DNA from: Dehalococcoidia bacterium
GTDB taxonomy: Bacteria > Chloroflexota > Dehalococcoidia > Plut-88900
Length of the DNA stretch: 64,000 nucleotides
Assembly (NCBI GenBank): GCA_965197585.1
Contig: OZ240215.1
Location: forward strand, 3,168,001-3,232,000
Direction: 5' to 3'
Shown piece by piece: positions 40,233 through 50,691 of the stretch. The notes below the pieces were generated by a model. It saw nothing but the letters and a program-made list of their open reading frames with translations. It was not told where the DNA came from and made no database searches. Both the position numbers and the translations under genes were made by a program. Positions within the stretch are counted from its first letter, which is position 1, and every line of letters begins with the position of its first letter.

Positions 40233-40509
40233 TGCCGAGTCCCGCAACCGTCCATCGAGCGCCCCTTGCCCTCGTCCACACCCCCACACCTTTCCCTGCC
40301 TTAAACGTTACCCATATTGAGATGGCAAACTAAACTAGGCGCGGATACAAGCATTTGGATCAACGCAGGTTTGGCATCGACAAATTTTGAACGGGTTTAA
40401 AAGCAAGCCTCGAAAGCCTTTGACGTGTAAACAACCGAAGGACTAGAATTTATACGTAGTGTCCCGAAGCAATAGTTTCTTTATTAGTTAACGACGGAGG
40501 ATCCAAAGT

Positions 40510-41346
40510 ATGTTTAGCAGATTCAGAATAACCAAGCGGGCCTCATGGCTTTGGCCCGTGCTCCTGGTGGCCCTCGTGGCCGGGGCCCTGGCGTTCGCCG
40601 CCTGTGGCGGTGAAGACCCGACAGCCACTCCGGAACCCACCGTCACCCCAGTCCCGACCGCTACCCCGGAACCCACTGCCACTCCTGAGCCAACCGCTGT
40701 CCCGGCCCCGACAGAAGCCCCCGAGTCTTCAATGATGTCCCTCACTGATATCGACGAGACCACCACGGTGGGTGATCTCATGGGGGCACTTTCCGAGGAG
40801 GAAGTCGCCTGCTTCAGCGCAGCGTTTGGTGAGGCGATACTTGACACTGTCAAAGACCAGCCGCTGGCTGCCGTTGCTACTGGGTTCGGTGCATTCCCGC
40901 TGGATTGCCTGACTCAAGAAAACGCCATTAGCGCAAGCATTGGCCTGATGTCTCTCCAGGCTGGCGGACTCTCCGATGAGAGCATAGCCTGCATAGCAGA
41001 CGCCTATGGTGAGCACGGAATACCTGGCGCATCCATGGACATGGCCGACGCAATGCGCTCCTTCCTTTTCGCCCAGCTCTGCCTCACCGACGAAGAAGCG
41101 CTGGCTTTACAGGGAGGGGTCTCTGCAGATGACGCCTTCCCGCCCCCCTCTCAGCTCCGCTGCGTAGCAGAACAGACCGACCTGGAGAACTACATCAAGG
41201 TTCTTGAGGCGTTTGCTATGTTGGAGACCGCCACGGAACTTCCCACGCCTGATCCCGAACTCATGATGTTAATGCCCGAATTAATGGCCGCTCAGGAAGC
41301 CTGCGGAATCCAGACAATGTTTGAAGGTGAAGGGTCTCTGCCCTAG
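40510..41346 (+). CDS. Hypothetical lipoprotein with a P/T-rich linker and Cys-rich helical domain
   Basis: FAAC lipobox, PTATPEPT repeats, several spaced cysteines. Confidence 0.75.
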   Translation: MFSRFRITKRASWLWPVLLVALVAGALAFAACGGEDPTATPEPTVTPVPTATPEPTATPEPTAVPAPTEAPESSMMSLTDIDETTTVGDLMGALSEEEVACFSAAFGEAILDTVKDQPLAAVATGFGAFPLDCLTQENAISASIGLMSLQAGGLSDESIACIADAYGEHGIPGASMDMADAMRSFLFAQLCLTDEEALALQGGVSADDAFPPPSQLRCVAEQTDLENYIKVLEAFAMLETATELPTPDPELMMLMPELMAAQEACGIQTMFEGEGSLP

Positions 41347-41384
41347 CCCACCGACCCCGCTCCTGCCGCACAGGACAAAATAGA

Positions 41385-41414
41385 ATGGGGCCCCGCAATA
41401 TTGCGGGGCCCCAT
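41385..41414. terminator. Perfect palindrome between convergent genes (bidirectional terminator)
   Basis: atggggccccgcaatattgcggggccccat. Confidence 0.7.
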
Positions 41415-41436
41415 AACTTTTCTGTGTAAAGCTGGG

Positions 41437-44400
41437 TTATACCGTGAGACGCCGGTAGAGATAGGGCAGGCGGCGGGGCAGCGACTCGATCTCCGGCACA
41501 ACCTCGTAGCCCATGTCCTGGCACATCGTCTTCAGATAATCATGCCCACCCCGGTCGACGGTAAGGCAGAATGGCACGATCTGTTTGGCCCGGGCCTCCT
41601 GGAGCGCCTTCTTGGTGTCGTGGACGGCGTACTCCTTCTCCACTCCCTCCCGACTGTAGCCTCGGTCCTGGGGCCGGCCGTCGCTGATTAGGAACAGCAC
41701 TTTGGTCCTGGCCTCCTGTACTTCCAGCTTGGAAATGCAGTGCCGGATTGCAGGGCCCATACGGGTAGCGTGCAGCGGGCTGATCTTGTCAATCCGGTTC
41801 TTGACCCGCTCGGAGAATGTCTCTCCCAATTCCTTGATCACGTAGAATTCCACGTTCTCACGCCCGTACCCCGAGAAGCCGTAGATCCCGTACTGGTCCC
41901 CGATGGTCTCCAGGGCCCGGATGAGCAGAACGGAACTCTCTTTCTCCACGTCGATGATGCGCTTGTACGACTTGCGGCTCCCCTCTTCCCGGCGGGCCCG
42001 CAGCCATGCCAGGTATTCTCGGGGGTCGTCGGGTGGGCTCCAGTCGTCGACAGCCTTGCGGGCATCATCAATGGCCTCGGCGGTCGAGGCGCTCATGTCC
42101 AGCAGGAAGGCGACGGATACGTCGCGCTGGATCTTGTTGCGGCGCCAGTAAATCTTGTCGGAAGGGGAGTTGCCGGTGGCCTTTTCGATCATCGCTTCTA
42201 CTACGGCGTCGTAATCTATGTCGTCGCCGTCGGGTAGGCGGCGGACCTTGCGGAACATCTCCGGGGCAAGGAGCTCGAACTGGCGCTTGATCTGGGACTG
42301 CAGGAGGGAGTATTCCTGAAGCGTCTTTTCGTAGAACTCTACGGTCCCCTCCTCCATTACCCGCTCTTTGACACTGCACCAGTTGGGCTTGTAGTCGTTG
42401 GCGCGGAAGTCCCACTCATCATATAAGAAGGTCTTGGCATCGTCGGCTTGGAGTGGACCCCCGGCGGGCGGCGAAGTATCGACGTTTTGGCCCTTGCCGG
42501 GCTCCTGCTGGTCCTGCCCGATCTGCCCCATCAGATTGTCGACGAACATGCTCGCCGAGTTGGTGATCTCCCCCTCCGACGCCTGGTCTATCTCTATCTC
42601 GACGCTCTTTTCAAGCAACTCCTTGAGCGCCTCGGGAGAGATGGGGTCGCCGGAAGCCTGGGTTTCTTCACCATCCTGCCCCTGCCGGAGCTTGGCCAGA
42701 AGCTGTACCAGCTCAGGCTTGAACTCGCCCCTGTACCCGACGTCCTGCGCCGCATCGTACGGCTGCTCTTCCTCGCCTTCTCCCTCGCCACTTTCGCCCG
42801 TCGCCGATTCCTCGCCCTCTGCACCACCGGCCCCGTAGGCCGCGGGCATGGACATGTCGACGTTCTGTTCCTGCTGTTCCATCTCGTCGGTGTTGAAGTC
42901 TTCCCACTCATCCTCGGGGACTTCGCGGTTCATAAGCTGGCGGATGTAGTCATAGAGGCGGATCGTTGCCTCGGCGGCATCTTCCACCGTGGCCTCGGGA
43001 GGGCGGACCTTCATAAGGATCCTGACCAGTTCCTCCACCTGGGCCTTGATCTTGGTAGGCACTTTCAGGTCGGACTTCTGGTCGAGGCTGATGCGCAGAA
43101 GCAGCTCGACGATGGCCTCTTGCAGGGGCAGCGACTCGATATCGGGCCTTTGGGTGAGGGCGTCGTCCTGTGTAAGACGGTATGACTTGCGGATGCCTTT
43201 GTATTCGTATAGCACCCGGGAGTCGAGCCGCGTGTCCTCCGATAGTGTGAACAGATCGTAGGCCAGCTGACGCTCGGGGAAGAGATCGAAATAACGTTGC
43301 AGATCTACGGCGGCAGTTGAGGCTTGGCCATTGCTGCCGGCCCGTTCCTTCCGGAGGTTGGGAAAATATACGGCCTCTTTGTCGAACTCGAACTTGAAGC
43401 TTCCGAACTCCAGGTGTGCAACCTGATGAGTTCCGACAACCTTGTACCAGCCGAAGTTTTCGTCCTTGGAGGCGTACTTGCGGACGAAGGGAGGCAGATA
43501 GACGGACCGGCCCTCAGTTGTGGGATTGTCGCCGGAGACCCAGCCTATCCCTTTTTCCCGAAGGTCTTCCCCTGTCTGGATCTGCACGTCGATGCCGGTT
43601 AGGGCCACGGCGTACATCCACAGGATATCTCGGATCTTGTCCAGCTCCACACCCGCGGACAGCGCTTCCAGCACCCCCCGCCCCTTTACCGACTCCAGCT
43701 TGAAGTAGGCGATGCCGCCTTCTTCGTTCTCCCGCAGGATATCCATACCCTCATCGAACCAACGTATGAGGTCGGAACGGGGGATCTTTTCAAGTACCAG
43801 CGGACTGGTGGACAGGAAGTCGACAACGGCGTAGGGAGACTCGGCAAGTAGTGCGCCCGAGAGCTTCAGAAGCTCGCCTTGAGTGTCTCCATCAACCTCT
43901 CCGAGAGCCTTTGATGCCTCCACAAGGAAGTTCTGGATGTGGGTTGCGTCCTTTTTGGCGAACCGGTCGGCAAGGTCTAGGAATCGGCCTCGCTGCTCCC
44001 GGTCTATCCGACTTAGGATCGCGCCCCCCGACTCGAAGCAGGCCTTCGCATCCCGCCAGTTGAGCTCCACCATGTTGGAGACCAAGGACAGGAACCCGCG
44101 CCGGTCCTGCTTTTCCATGCTGCGGAATACCGGTTCCGCCGATGCCAGGCACTCGTTGGCCAGGTCGTAGGAGCGGCGGGACAGGGCGTCCAGGAAAGTG
44201 ACAAAACGCCGGAACTCTCCGAGGGTCATATATCGGAGCAAAGAGGGCGATGTCTCGAAGAACCGGGAAGATAGTGTCCCCGACTTCCATGTGCCCTTGT
44301 AGAGCCCCTTGCCAAGCGACACCCAGTCCCCGATCTGGTGCGGCGTTAGATGGGCCAGGGCCTCCGGGCTAGAGTGAAAATATGTGGTTGATAGGACCGC

Positions 44401-44688
44401 CGACTCCTTGGCCAGCACTTTGCCCCAGCGGGCCCATTCCATGAAATTGGGAAAGGGCAGCTTGGCCAGGACTTGGGGAGTGACCCGGAAATACTCGGCA
44501 CCCGCCTCCCAGGACCTGAATGAATGCCGAGCAATGGAAATGCCCTCGGTTGCCCAGGATCGGAAGTCGTCTTCCCGTAGGATTCCGGCCAGGAGTCGGG
44601 CCGATGTCCGGTATTGGCTCACCACAGCAGGCGGGAAACTTGTAAGCTCTTGCTCGTAATCGTCCTGTATTTTCTTGCTTATCGCCAT
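41437..44688 (-). CDS. NorD/CbbO-like VWA domain protein with a long N-terminal extension
   Basis: YDEWD..Y...WC, LLDMSAST MIDAS, TRMGPAIRH and ISDGRPQD motifs. Confidence 0.88.
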   Translation of the reverse strand: MAISKKIQDDYEQELTSFPPAVVSQYRTSARLLAGILREDDFRSWATEGISIARHSFRSWEAGAEYFRVTPQVLAKLPFPNFMEWARWGKVLAKESAVLSTTYFHSSPEALAHLTPHQIGDWVSLGKGLYKGTWKSGTLSSRFFETSPSLLRYMTLGEFRRFVTFLDALSRRSYDLANECLASAEPVFRSMEKQDRRGFLSLVSNMVELNWRDAKACFESGGAILSRIDREQRGRFLDLADRFAKKDATHIQNFLVEASKALGEVDGDTQGELLKLSGALLAESPYAVVDFLSTSPLVLEKIPRSDLIRWFDEGMDILRENEEGGIAYFKLESVKGRGVLEALSAGVELDKIRDILWMYAVALTGIDVQIQTGEDLREKGIGWVSGDNPTTEGRSVYLPPFVRKYASKDENFGWYKVVGTHQVAHLEFGSFKFEFDKEAVYFPNLRKERAGSNGQASTAAVDLQRYFDLFPERQLAYDLFTLSEDTRLDSRVLYEYKGIRKSYRLTQDDALTQRPDIESLPLQEAIVELLLRISLDQKSDLKVPTKIKAQVEELVRILMKVRPPEATVEDAAEATIRLYDYIRQLMNREVPEDEWEDFNTDEMEQQEQNVDMSMPAAYGAGGAEGEESATGESGEGEGEEEQPYDAAQDVGYRGEFKPELVQLLAKLRQGQDGEETQASGDPISPEALKELLEKSVEIEIDQASEGEITNSASMFVDNLMGQIGQDQQEPGKGQNVDTSPPAGGPLQADDAKTFLYDEWDFRANDYKPNWCSVKERVMEEGTVEFYEKTLQEYSLLQSQIKRQFELLAPEMFRKVRRLPDGDDIDYDAVVEAMIEKATGNSPSDKIYWRRNKIQRDVSVAFLLDMSASTAEAIDDARKAVDDWSPPDDPREYLAWLRARREEGSRKSYKRIIDVEKESSVLLIRALETIGDQYGIYGFSGYGRENVEFYVIKELGETFSERVKNRIDKISPLHATRMGPAIRHCISKLEVQEARTKVLFLISDGRPQDRGYSREGVEKEYAVHDTKKALQEARAKQIVPFCLTVDRGGHDYLKTMCQDMGYEVVPEIESLPRRLPYLYRRLTV

Positions 44689-44692
44689 GTCG

Positions 44693-45268
44693 CTAGCTTA
44701 TCAGAGTTAGGAACTGGGTTAGCATTCGGGCGGTGGCCCCCCAAATTACATGGTCTTGGAATTTGTAGGCCCTGTCCTGGTAGACCAACCCGTCGTGCTC
44801 CACTCTAACGGTTGTGTGGTTCGCCGGAGCGAGAAGGTGGTCTATGGGCGCCTCTAGCACCTCGGCGACCTCAATCTCGCTGGGGTTGTACTCATACGGG
44901 TAGGGGAATACCCCGACGAAGGGGGATATTACGAACCCGCTGTGAGTCCCGTAATCGTCCAGTTCGCCCAGGATGGTCACGTCCTCCTGCCTTATCCCCA
45001 TCTCCTCCCACGTCTCCCTCAGAGCAGTGGTGCGAAGGTCGGGGTCGCTGGCTTCGTGCATCCCGCCGGGGAATGAGATCTCACCCTTATGGTGCTCTAC
45101 CTGTTGGGTCCTGACGTTGAAGATAATGTGGAATCGGCCTTCCTTCTCCATCAGGAGGAGTATGACCGCAGCGGGCATTCGTCCGTCAGCCGACACCCGG
45201 GTCGCGTCCCTGTTGGAAAGTAGTCGGGCGACCTCTTGCGGGAAGGTATCTGTGCTTGTATCCAGCAT
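44693..45268 (-). CDS. Nudix hydrolase, CoA pyrophosphatase (NudL-like)
   Basis: HKGEISFPGG..ALRETWEEMG Nudix box; IWGATA. Confidence 0.9.
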   Translation of the reverse strand: MLDTSTDTFPQEVARLLSNRDATRVSADGRMPAAVILLLMEKEGRFHIIFNVRTQQVEHHKGEISFPGGMHEASDPDLRTTALRETWEEMGIRQEDVTILGELDDYGTHSGFVISPFVGVFPYPYEYNPSEIEVAEVLEAPIDHLLAPANHTTVRVEHDGLVYQDRAYKFQDHVIWGATARMLTQFLTLIS

Positions 45269-45291
45269 CGTCAAAATATAAGTAGCTCGGA

Positions 45292-46191
45292 CTACTCGAA
45301 GATGCTGTTGACCACTTCCTCGACGCTGCGCTGGACTTCTGCGTCGTCTGTAAGAGCCCAGACGACTGACACCTGGCACGCCCTGCGAGGGGCGATCCCC
45401 TTCTTGATAAGCCTGCCGGCGTATATCAGTAGCCGGGTGCTGGCGCCCTCCTGGAGCCCGTGCTCCCGCAGGTTCCGCACCTTTTCACCCAGCTTGCCCA
45501 GGTCCTTTGCAACCTCCATTGAGCAGCCGCTTTCGTGGGCAATGACCTTCTGCTCGACCTCCTTGGGCGGGTAGTCGAACTCTATGGCGACGAACCGCTG
45601 CCGGGTACTGTGCTTGAGGTCCTTCAGGACGCTCTGGTAGCCGGGGTTGTAGGAAATGACCAGCAGGAAGTTGTCGGCGGCTTCAAGTAGCTCTCCCCGC
45701 TTCTCGACGGGGAGAATGCGCCGATGGTCGGTCAGGGGGTGGATGAGGACGGTGGTGTCCTTCCGGGCCTCGACCACCTCGTCCAGATAGCAGATGCCGC
45801 CCGTTTTGACGGCTCGGCTTAGGGGGCCGTCAACCCAGACCGTCCTGTCTCCTTCGAGCAGGTACCGACCCACCAGGTCGCTGGCGGTGAGGTCTTCGTG
45901 GCAGGCCACGGTGACCAGGGGCAGACTGGGCGAGCCGTTCGTAGACGCGGCTTGGCCATCCTCGGGCTTTACGACAGTCAGTGGCTGGCCTAGCCTGTAA
46001 GCCATATATTCGACGAAACGGGTCTTGCCACATCCTGTGGGCCCTTTGAACAGTAGTGGAATCCGCTCTTCGTAGGCGGCGTAGAATATCTCTATCTCAT
46101 CTGCCACGGGAAGATAGAACGGCTCTTCCCTGAGCACATATTCCTCGATGAGGTATCCTCGGTATTCCTCTTTGGTCACGCTCGAGGTCAT
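45292..46191 (-). CDS. CbbQ/NirQ/NorQ family MoxR AAA+ ATPase
   Basis: [35 protein letters not shown] and SYNPGYQ motifs. Confidence 0.93.
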   Translation of the reverse strand: MTSSVTKEEYRGYLIEEYVLREEPFYLPVADEIEIFYAAYEERIPLLFKGPTGCGKTRFVEYMAYRLGQPLTVVKPEDGQAASTNGSPSLPLVTVACHEDLTASDLVGRYLLEGDRTVWVDGPLSRAVKTGGICYLDEVVEARKDTTVLIHPLTDHRRILPVEKRGELLEAADNFLLVISYNPGYQSVLKDLKHSTRQRFVAIEFDYPPKEVEQKVIAHESGCSMEVAKDLGKLGEKVRNLREHGLQEGASTRLLIYAGRLIKKGIAPRRACQVSVVWALTDDAEVQRSVEEVVNSIFE

Positions 46192-46198
46192 TCCAACC

Positions 46199-46801
46199 CT
46201 ACTTTCTGGCCGTAACCCTGCGGTTCCACGCTTCGATGACGTTCTCTCTAAGCTGTTCAGGCCCGGCGTCGTTCCGGATTACCACGCTGGCCCTTTTTAT
46301 GCGTTCTTCGGTGGACATCTGGGAGTTGATGCGGTCTTTGGCCTGCTCGGCCGTTAGGCCTTTGGACTCTTTGAGCCTCTCAATCACGCTGGCCTCCGGC
46401 GCGACGGTCACCCAGACTTCATCGGTCAGGGGGTCCCACTTGGCCTCCAGCAATACCGCGGCCTCGACTACCATCACCTCCGTGCCCTTACCCCTCTGCT
46501 CCTCTATCCTCTCCCCCACCATGTCGTACATGCGGGGCCACATGATCCCCGTGAGCTTATCCATGTTCGCCGGATCACTGAATACCAGAGCTCCCAGCTT
46601 TGCCCGGTCGATCTGCCTGTTTTCCCTGACGATGTCGCGCCCAAACGTAGCCACGACATCATTGTAGGTCACTGTGTCTGGGAGGTAGGCCTCATGCCCG
46701 ACCCTATCGGCGTCCAGGACTTCGGCGCCCAATTCCTTAAGAATTTGTGACACCGTAGTCTTGCCGGTGGCGATTCCGCCCGTAAGGCCTATGACTAGCA
46801 T
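46199..46801 (-). CDS. coaE: Dephospho-CoA kinase
   Basis: [24 protein letters not shown] and RINSQ motifs. Confidence 0.93.
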   Translation of the reverse strand: MLVIGLTGGIATGKTTVSQILKELGAEVLDADRVGHEAYLPDTVTYNDVVATFGRDIVRENRQIDRAKLGALVFSDPANMDKLTGIMWPRMYDMVGERIEEQRGKGTEVMVVEAAVLLEAKWDPLTDEVWVTVAPEASVIERLKESKGLTAEQAKDRINSQMSTEERIKRASVVIRNDAGPEQLRENVIEAWNRRVTARK

Positions 46802-46950
46802 GTCGGATATCCGGCGGGACTGATAGCGCGTTGCATCAGGTTGTGGCGCATTCGTTCATTTGCTCACAAAGGGTGAGGGTCATTCTAGCAACCGCCATAT
46901 CGGTGGTCAAGGAACACCCATGTAAAGGCCCCTCACCAGCTAAGCAGAGG

Positions 46951-47250
46951 CTAAGACTCCCCGGATAGGTCTGTGCAGACCCGAACTAAGGGGGGTTGGC
47001 TAAGGAGCGGGACGATGTTATCCTCCAGCATTCGCCGTTCCTCGCTGGCCTCCCAACGCCTCCAGTCTTCCATGCTGCGCCAGGTGCTGATGACGACGAG
47101 GGCCGTGTTGTCGGCTACGTCTATCAGGCTTTCGCCCGAGATGTAGCCGGGCTGACGGATGGCGGCGGCCCTTAGTTCTGTGGCGATCGCCAGGACGTGG
47201 TGCGCCTGCTGGGGTGCAGTGTGCCGTTCGATCAGGATTTTAGCTTGCAT
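46951..47250 (-). CDS. ABM family protein
   Basis: QPGYISGE..VISTW.S..DW..W; GGAGG RBS. Confidence 0.8.
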   Translation of the reverse strand: MQAKILIERHTAPQQAHHVLAIATELRAAAIRQPGYISGESLIDVADNTALVVISTWRSMEDWRRWEASEERRMLEDNIVPLLSQPPLVRVCTDLSGES

Positions 47251-47326
47251 ATGCTGCTCCTCCCCGGTGCTGCTGTTTGTGTCGTCAGTCCAATCGTCTA
47301 GGCTTAGGCTGGAGCCGTGGAAGTGC

Positions 47327-48502
47327 CTATTCGAAGGGTATCTCCACCAGGTCCACCGGTTCCAGCGTCAACTGCTCCGACCCGTCCGCCGTTATGACGT
47401 GGACATCTTCCCATAGTAAGTTTAACCCGACTTCGGGCTCCGTGCTGATTATCATGCCCTCCTCCAACACCGTTTCGTCCTCGGGGCAAACGGAGGGGGG
47501 CTCGGTTAACTGTATCCCCTGCCCGTGGCCCATCCGCCCTACCGGTGCAACCTCGAACCCCGACTCCACAATGACCTCCGCCCCGATCTCGTGCAGTTCA
47601 GCACAGGTGAGTCCGGGCCGCAGGGCCTCCGTCATTCGTCGATTTGCTTCTAGCAGGACGCTGTGCCCCCGTATCTGTTCGGAATTGGCGGGCCCCAGGG
47701 TCGCGAATCGGGCGTAGTCGATGGTGTAGTTTCTTACGTAAGCCCCCGCGTCGATGTACAGGAGACTCCCGCGCTTCAGTGGGCGGTCAAAGTGGAACTG
47801 CGTCTGGCTGACCGGAAAGTCGGATATCAAGTGGACGAAGGAGGTTCGGTCGCCGCCCTCATCCAATATCAGGGCACGAAGTCTCCGGACCGCGTCCCGT
47901 TCGGTCATCCCCGGTACAATCTCTCGGAAGAGCCTCTGCCGTGCGCGGCCTGTGATCGCGGCCGCTTGCCGCATGTACTCGACCTCTTCGGGTGTCTTGA
48001 TCATCCGCAGCTTTACGAAAATGTCGGCGGCGTCCTCGAATGTCACCTCAGGCGCGCCATTTACAATCGCCAAATAGTCCCCGACCGGAACGCCCATCCT
48101 CTGCTCCATCCCAAGCTCCACGCCGATTTGCTTCACTGCTGGCGTTAGGCCGGTAATGGCGTCCAGGACCATGTGTACGGGGAAAGACAGGACGTCCGTG
48201 TAGCCCCGAGCATCGCTGACATAGGTGGACATCCTAACTGTCTCGGTTATCATCGCCCCGACTACGGCGATTGGCTCCCCGACTAGGGGAAACACCAGTA
48301 CCGCCGGCCTTGTGCTGGAGTAGTGGAGTGCCAGTGACCCCGTGGCCCCGGTGAAATACTGGAAATTCTCCTCGTTGGTGACCAGCAGGGCGTCCAGGCC
48401 TCTAGCAGACATCATCTCCCGGGCGCGGCTGTGCCGCTTGTCGATGTCCTCTTTGGAAAAAGCCGCCCAAGCCCCAAGGTCCGTTACCTGATCGCTAGTC
48501 AT
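47327..48502 (-). CDS. M24 Xaa-Pro peptidase family protein
   Basis: LRMIKTPEE, IDAG..D..R, GHGQG, TEP and WED metal-ligand set. Confidence 0.88.
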   Translation of the reverse strand: MTSDQVTDLGAWAAFSKEDIDKRHSRAREMMSARGLDALLVTNEENFQYFTGATGSLALHYSSTRPAVLVFPLVGEPIAVVGAMITETVRMSTYVSDARGYTDVLSFPVHMVLDAITGLTPAVKQIGVELGMEQRMGVPVGDYLAIVNGAPEVTFEDAADIFVKLRMIKTPEEVEYMRQAAAITGRARQRLFREIVPGMTERDAVRRLRALILDEGGDRTSFVHLISDFPVSQTQFHFDRPLKRGSLLYIDAGAYVRNYTIDYARFATLGPANSEQIRGHSVLLEANRRMTEALRPGLTCAELHEIGAEVIVESGFEVAPVGRMGHGQGIQLTEPPSVCPEDETVLEEGMIISTEPEVGLNLLWEDVHVITADGSEQLTLEPVDLVEIPFE

Positions 48503-48520
48503 GGTTCACCTTCGTTTTGG

Positions 48521-49621
48521 TCAGGATATGCTGTACAACCTGGCGCAGTTGTCCCACAGAATGGCCTTCCTCGCCTCATCGGATAAGGGCATTGTAAGAA
48601 AGCCCTCAATAGCGTGTGGGAACTTGGAATCGTTGTGGGGATAGTCTGTGGAGAAGACCACGTTGGAGGTCAGGCCCCAGTCCTCAATTATGGTGGCGGG
48701 GGCCTCGTCGGCCTCAATGGAGACGTAGCATTGTCGGCGGAAATACTCGGAGGGAGTGAGCTTCATATCCGGATTTTCAAACTTGCCGGAAAGCTCGTAA
48801 TGCTCGTCAAGCCGCCACAGAAGCCACGGCGCCCACGCAGAGTTACCCTCCAGGAAGGCGACTTGAAGGTCGGGGAACCGGTCCAGGACCCCGCTTCCGC
48901 ACATCGACACCACGCCCAGCATCATCTCCATGGGATGGCAGCATGTATGGTGCATCATGTAAGTATCGAATCCCTTGCCGACCTGGTTCATCGCCGCCGT
49001 GGCCCCTTCATGAAACCCGATGGGTACTCCGAGACTTTGCAGCGTTTCCCAAAGAGGATGGTAGTCCGGGTGGTACCAGTTGCGCCCTTCGACAATGTTG
49101 GGGCGTATGAACACCGACTTGAACCCCATGTCTTTGACGACTGCCTCGGCCTCTGCACAGGCCGACTGTACGTCGAAGGGAGAAACCATGCCCGCTCCGA
49201 GCATTCTTGTCGGACTCTCGCTGCAGAAGTCGGATAGCCACAGGTTGTAGGCATGAGCAACGGCTGCGCTGAGTGCCGGGTCCATGGTGTCCAAAGCGAG
49301 GGCGAAGAGGCCGCGGCTGGGAAACATTATCGCGACGTCTATCCCCTCGGAGTCCATCGCCCTTAGCTGGGATGCGGAGTCGAAGTTGTTGGCGTAGCCG
49401 TCGGAGTAAGCGCCTGACTGTTCGTCCGCTCGGTTCCTGCCCCAATCCGTAGGAACGTCGGGCATAACCTTGCCTTCAAGCTCTATCTGCATATCCCCCG
49501 GCCACCGAGCTGCGCCACGCGGCCTTCGGTCATGAAATGCGGCATCGATGTACCGGTCCCACAGATCGGAAGGCTCTATCACGTGCATGTCCGAGTCCAT
49601 GACCCGGAACCCGTTCTTCAT
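48521..49621 (-). CDS. Amidohydrolase_2 family protein
   Basis: DSDMH, EGID..FPS, FLEG..W and STDYPH motifs. Confidence 0.9.
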   Translation of the reverse strand: MKNGFRVMDSDMHVIEPSDLWDRYIDAAFHDRRPRGAARWPGDMQIELEGKVMPDVPTDWGRNRADEQSGAYSDGYANNFDSASQLRAMDSEGIDVAIMFPSRGLFALALDTMDPALSAAVAHAYNLWLSDFCSESPTRMLGAGMVSPFDVQSACAEAEAVVKDMGFKSVFIRPNIVEGRNWYHPDYHPLWETLQSLGVPIGFHEGATAAMNQVGKGFDTYMMHHTCCHPMEMMLGVVSMCGSGVLDRFPDLQVAFLEGNSAWAPWLLWRLDEHYELSGKFENPDMKLTPSEYFRRQCYVSIEADEAPATIIEDWGLTSNVVFSTDYPHNDSKFPHAIEGFLTMPLSDEARKAILWDNCARLYSIS

Positions 49622-49709
49622 GCTATCGCTCCTGTGCAGTCGGATGGGACAGTCTCAGGATTGAACTTGTCCCCTCCTGTGAGTGTGGGTGCCGACGCGC
49701 CCGCCCGCG

Positions 49710-50597
49710 TCAGTTGTTGCTGAAACGCTCGTCCATGTCCAGGAGAAAACGCTCGACTTGGGGAGAGAGAGGTGGACTGTCGTCGGGCTCGCGTTCCTCC
49801 TCGGCCCGGGCGTCATATATAGCTTCCAGCCGCTGTACCAGGGCGCCCAGCTCGGGGTTACGAGCCACGGTCTTGCCCAGTTCCACGTACTGACGGACAG
49901 CCTTTTCCCTCGCCTGCAGTTCTTCCGGCAGGCCATACAGCTCGCTGAGCACTTTTAGCACCGCCGCCGCCCCCGAAAGGTCCTCTTCAAGCTGGACGTA
50001 TTGGGGCAGATGCACTGTCAGGTTCCCTGTCTCCAGCCCAATCTCCTGCGCCTTGCGGGAGATCATGTAAAGGATGCTGGTGGGGCCTTCATAGGTGCTC
50101 TTTTTCACCTTGAACCGGTCGGCCAGGGTCTCATCTATGTCCTTCATCCTCAGGGAGCCTGAGATGCGGATAGGCCGCGTATGGGGGACCACGTCGTACA
50201 TCCCCCCGACCAGCAGGTAACGGGTCACTCCCACTTCCTTGAACAGCTCCAGCACCGACTCTATGTACTCCTCGCCCAGCGAGTGAGGTTCCAGCAGGTG
50301 TACGAATAGGAGGTCGGGCATGCCCTCGGCCTGGGAGTAGTTTATGAAGGTGTTGGGAATGGTCACCTGTCGCTCACCGTTGGCGTAGCGGAGCATGGGC
50401 CGGTAGCGTGTGAAGTCGAAGAAGCGCCCGGGCTCCGCCAACTTTGCCAACTCGGACGCCTTAAGATACCGCTCGAGACGGCTAAGCACCGTGGTCCCGA
50501 CACTCCCCACGTCCACCCATGGCCTCATCATCGCTATGGCGTGAGGCTTATTTAGTTCAGGAATTGGATCCGTAGTCTCAAAGGCCTTGACTCTCAC
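49710..50597 (-). CDS. PAC2 family protein
   Basis: W.DVG, FFDFTRYRP, EPH, VPHTRP and YEGPT motifs. Confidence 0.82.
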   Translation of the reverse strand: MRVKAFETTDPIPELNKPHAIAMMRPWVDVGSVGTTVLSRLERYLKASELAKLAEPGRFFDFTRYRPMLRYANGERQVTIPNTFINYSQAEGMPDLLFVHLLEPHSLGEEYIESVLELFKEVGVTRYLLVGGMYDVVPHTRPIRISGSLRMKDIDETLADRFKVKKSTYEGPTSILYMISRKAQEIGLETGNLTVHLPQYVQLEEDLSGAAAVLKVLSELYGLPEELQAREKAVRQYVELGKTVARNPELGALVQRLEAIYDARAEEEREPDDSPPLSPQVERFLLDMDERFSNN

Positions 50598-50622
50598 TCG
50601 TCACCTGCCCCCGATTGAATAG

Positions 50623-50657
50623 CAACCCCCGGGACCCCGACCGGGTCCCGGGGGTTG
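50623..50657. terminator. GC hairpin downstream of the aldehyde dehydrogenase
   Basis: caacccccgggaccc..gggtcccgggggttg. Confidence 0.6.
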
Positions 50658-50691
50658 TTCAGCGCGTCTTGATCTGAGTGTTTAGGCGATG

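Noticed and set aside
40615-40725. Tandem repeats in the lipoprotein gene
   Set aside because: They encode an ordinary PTATPEPT linker
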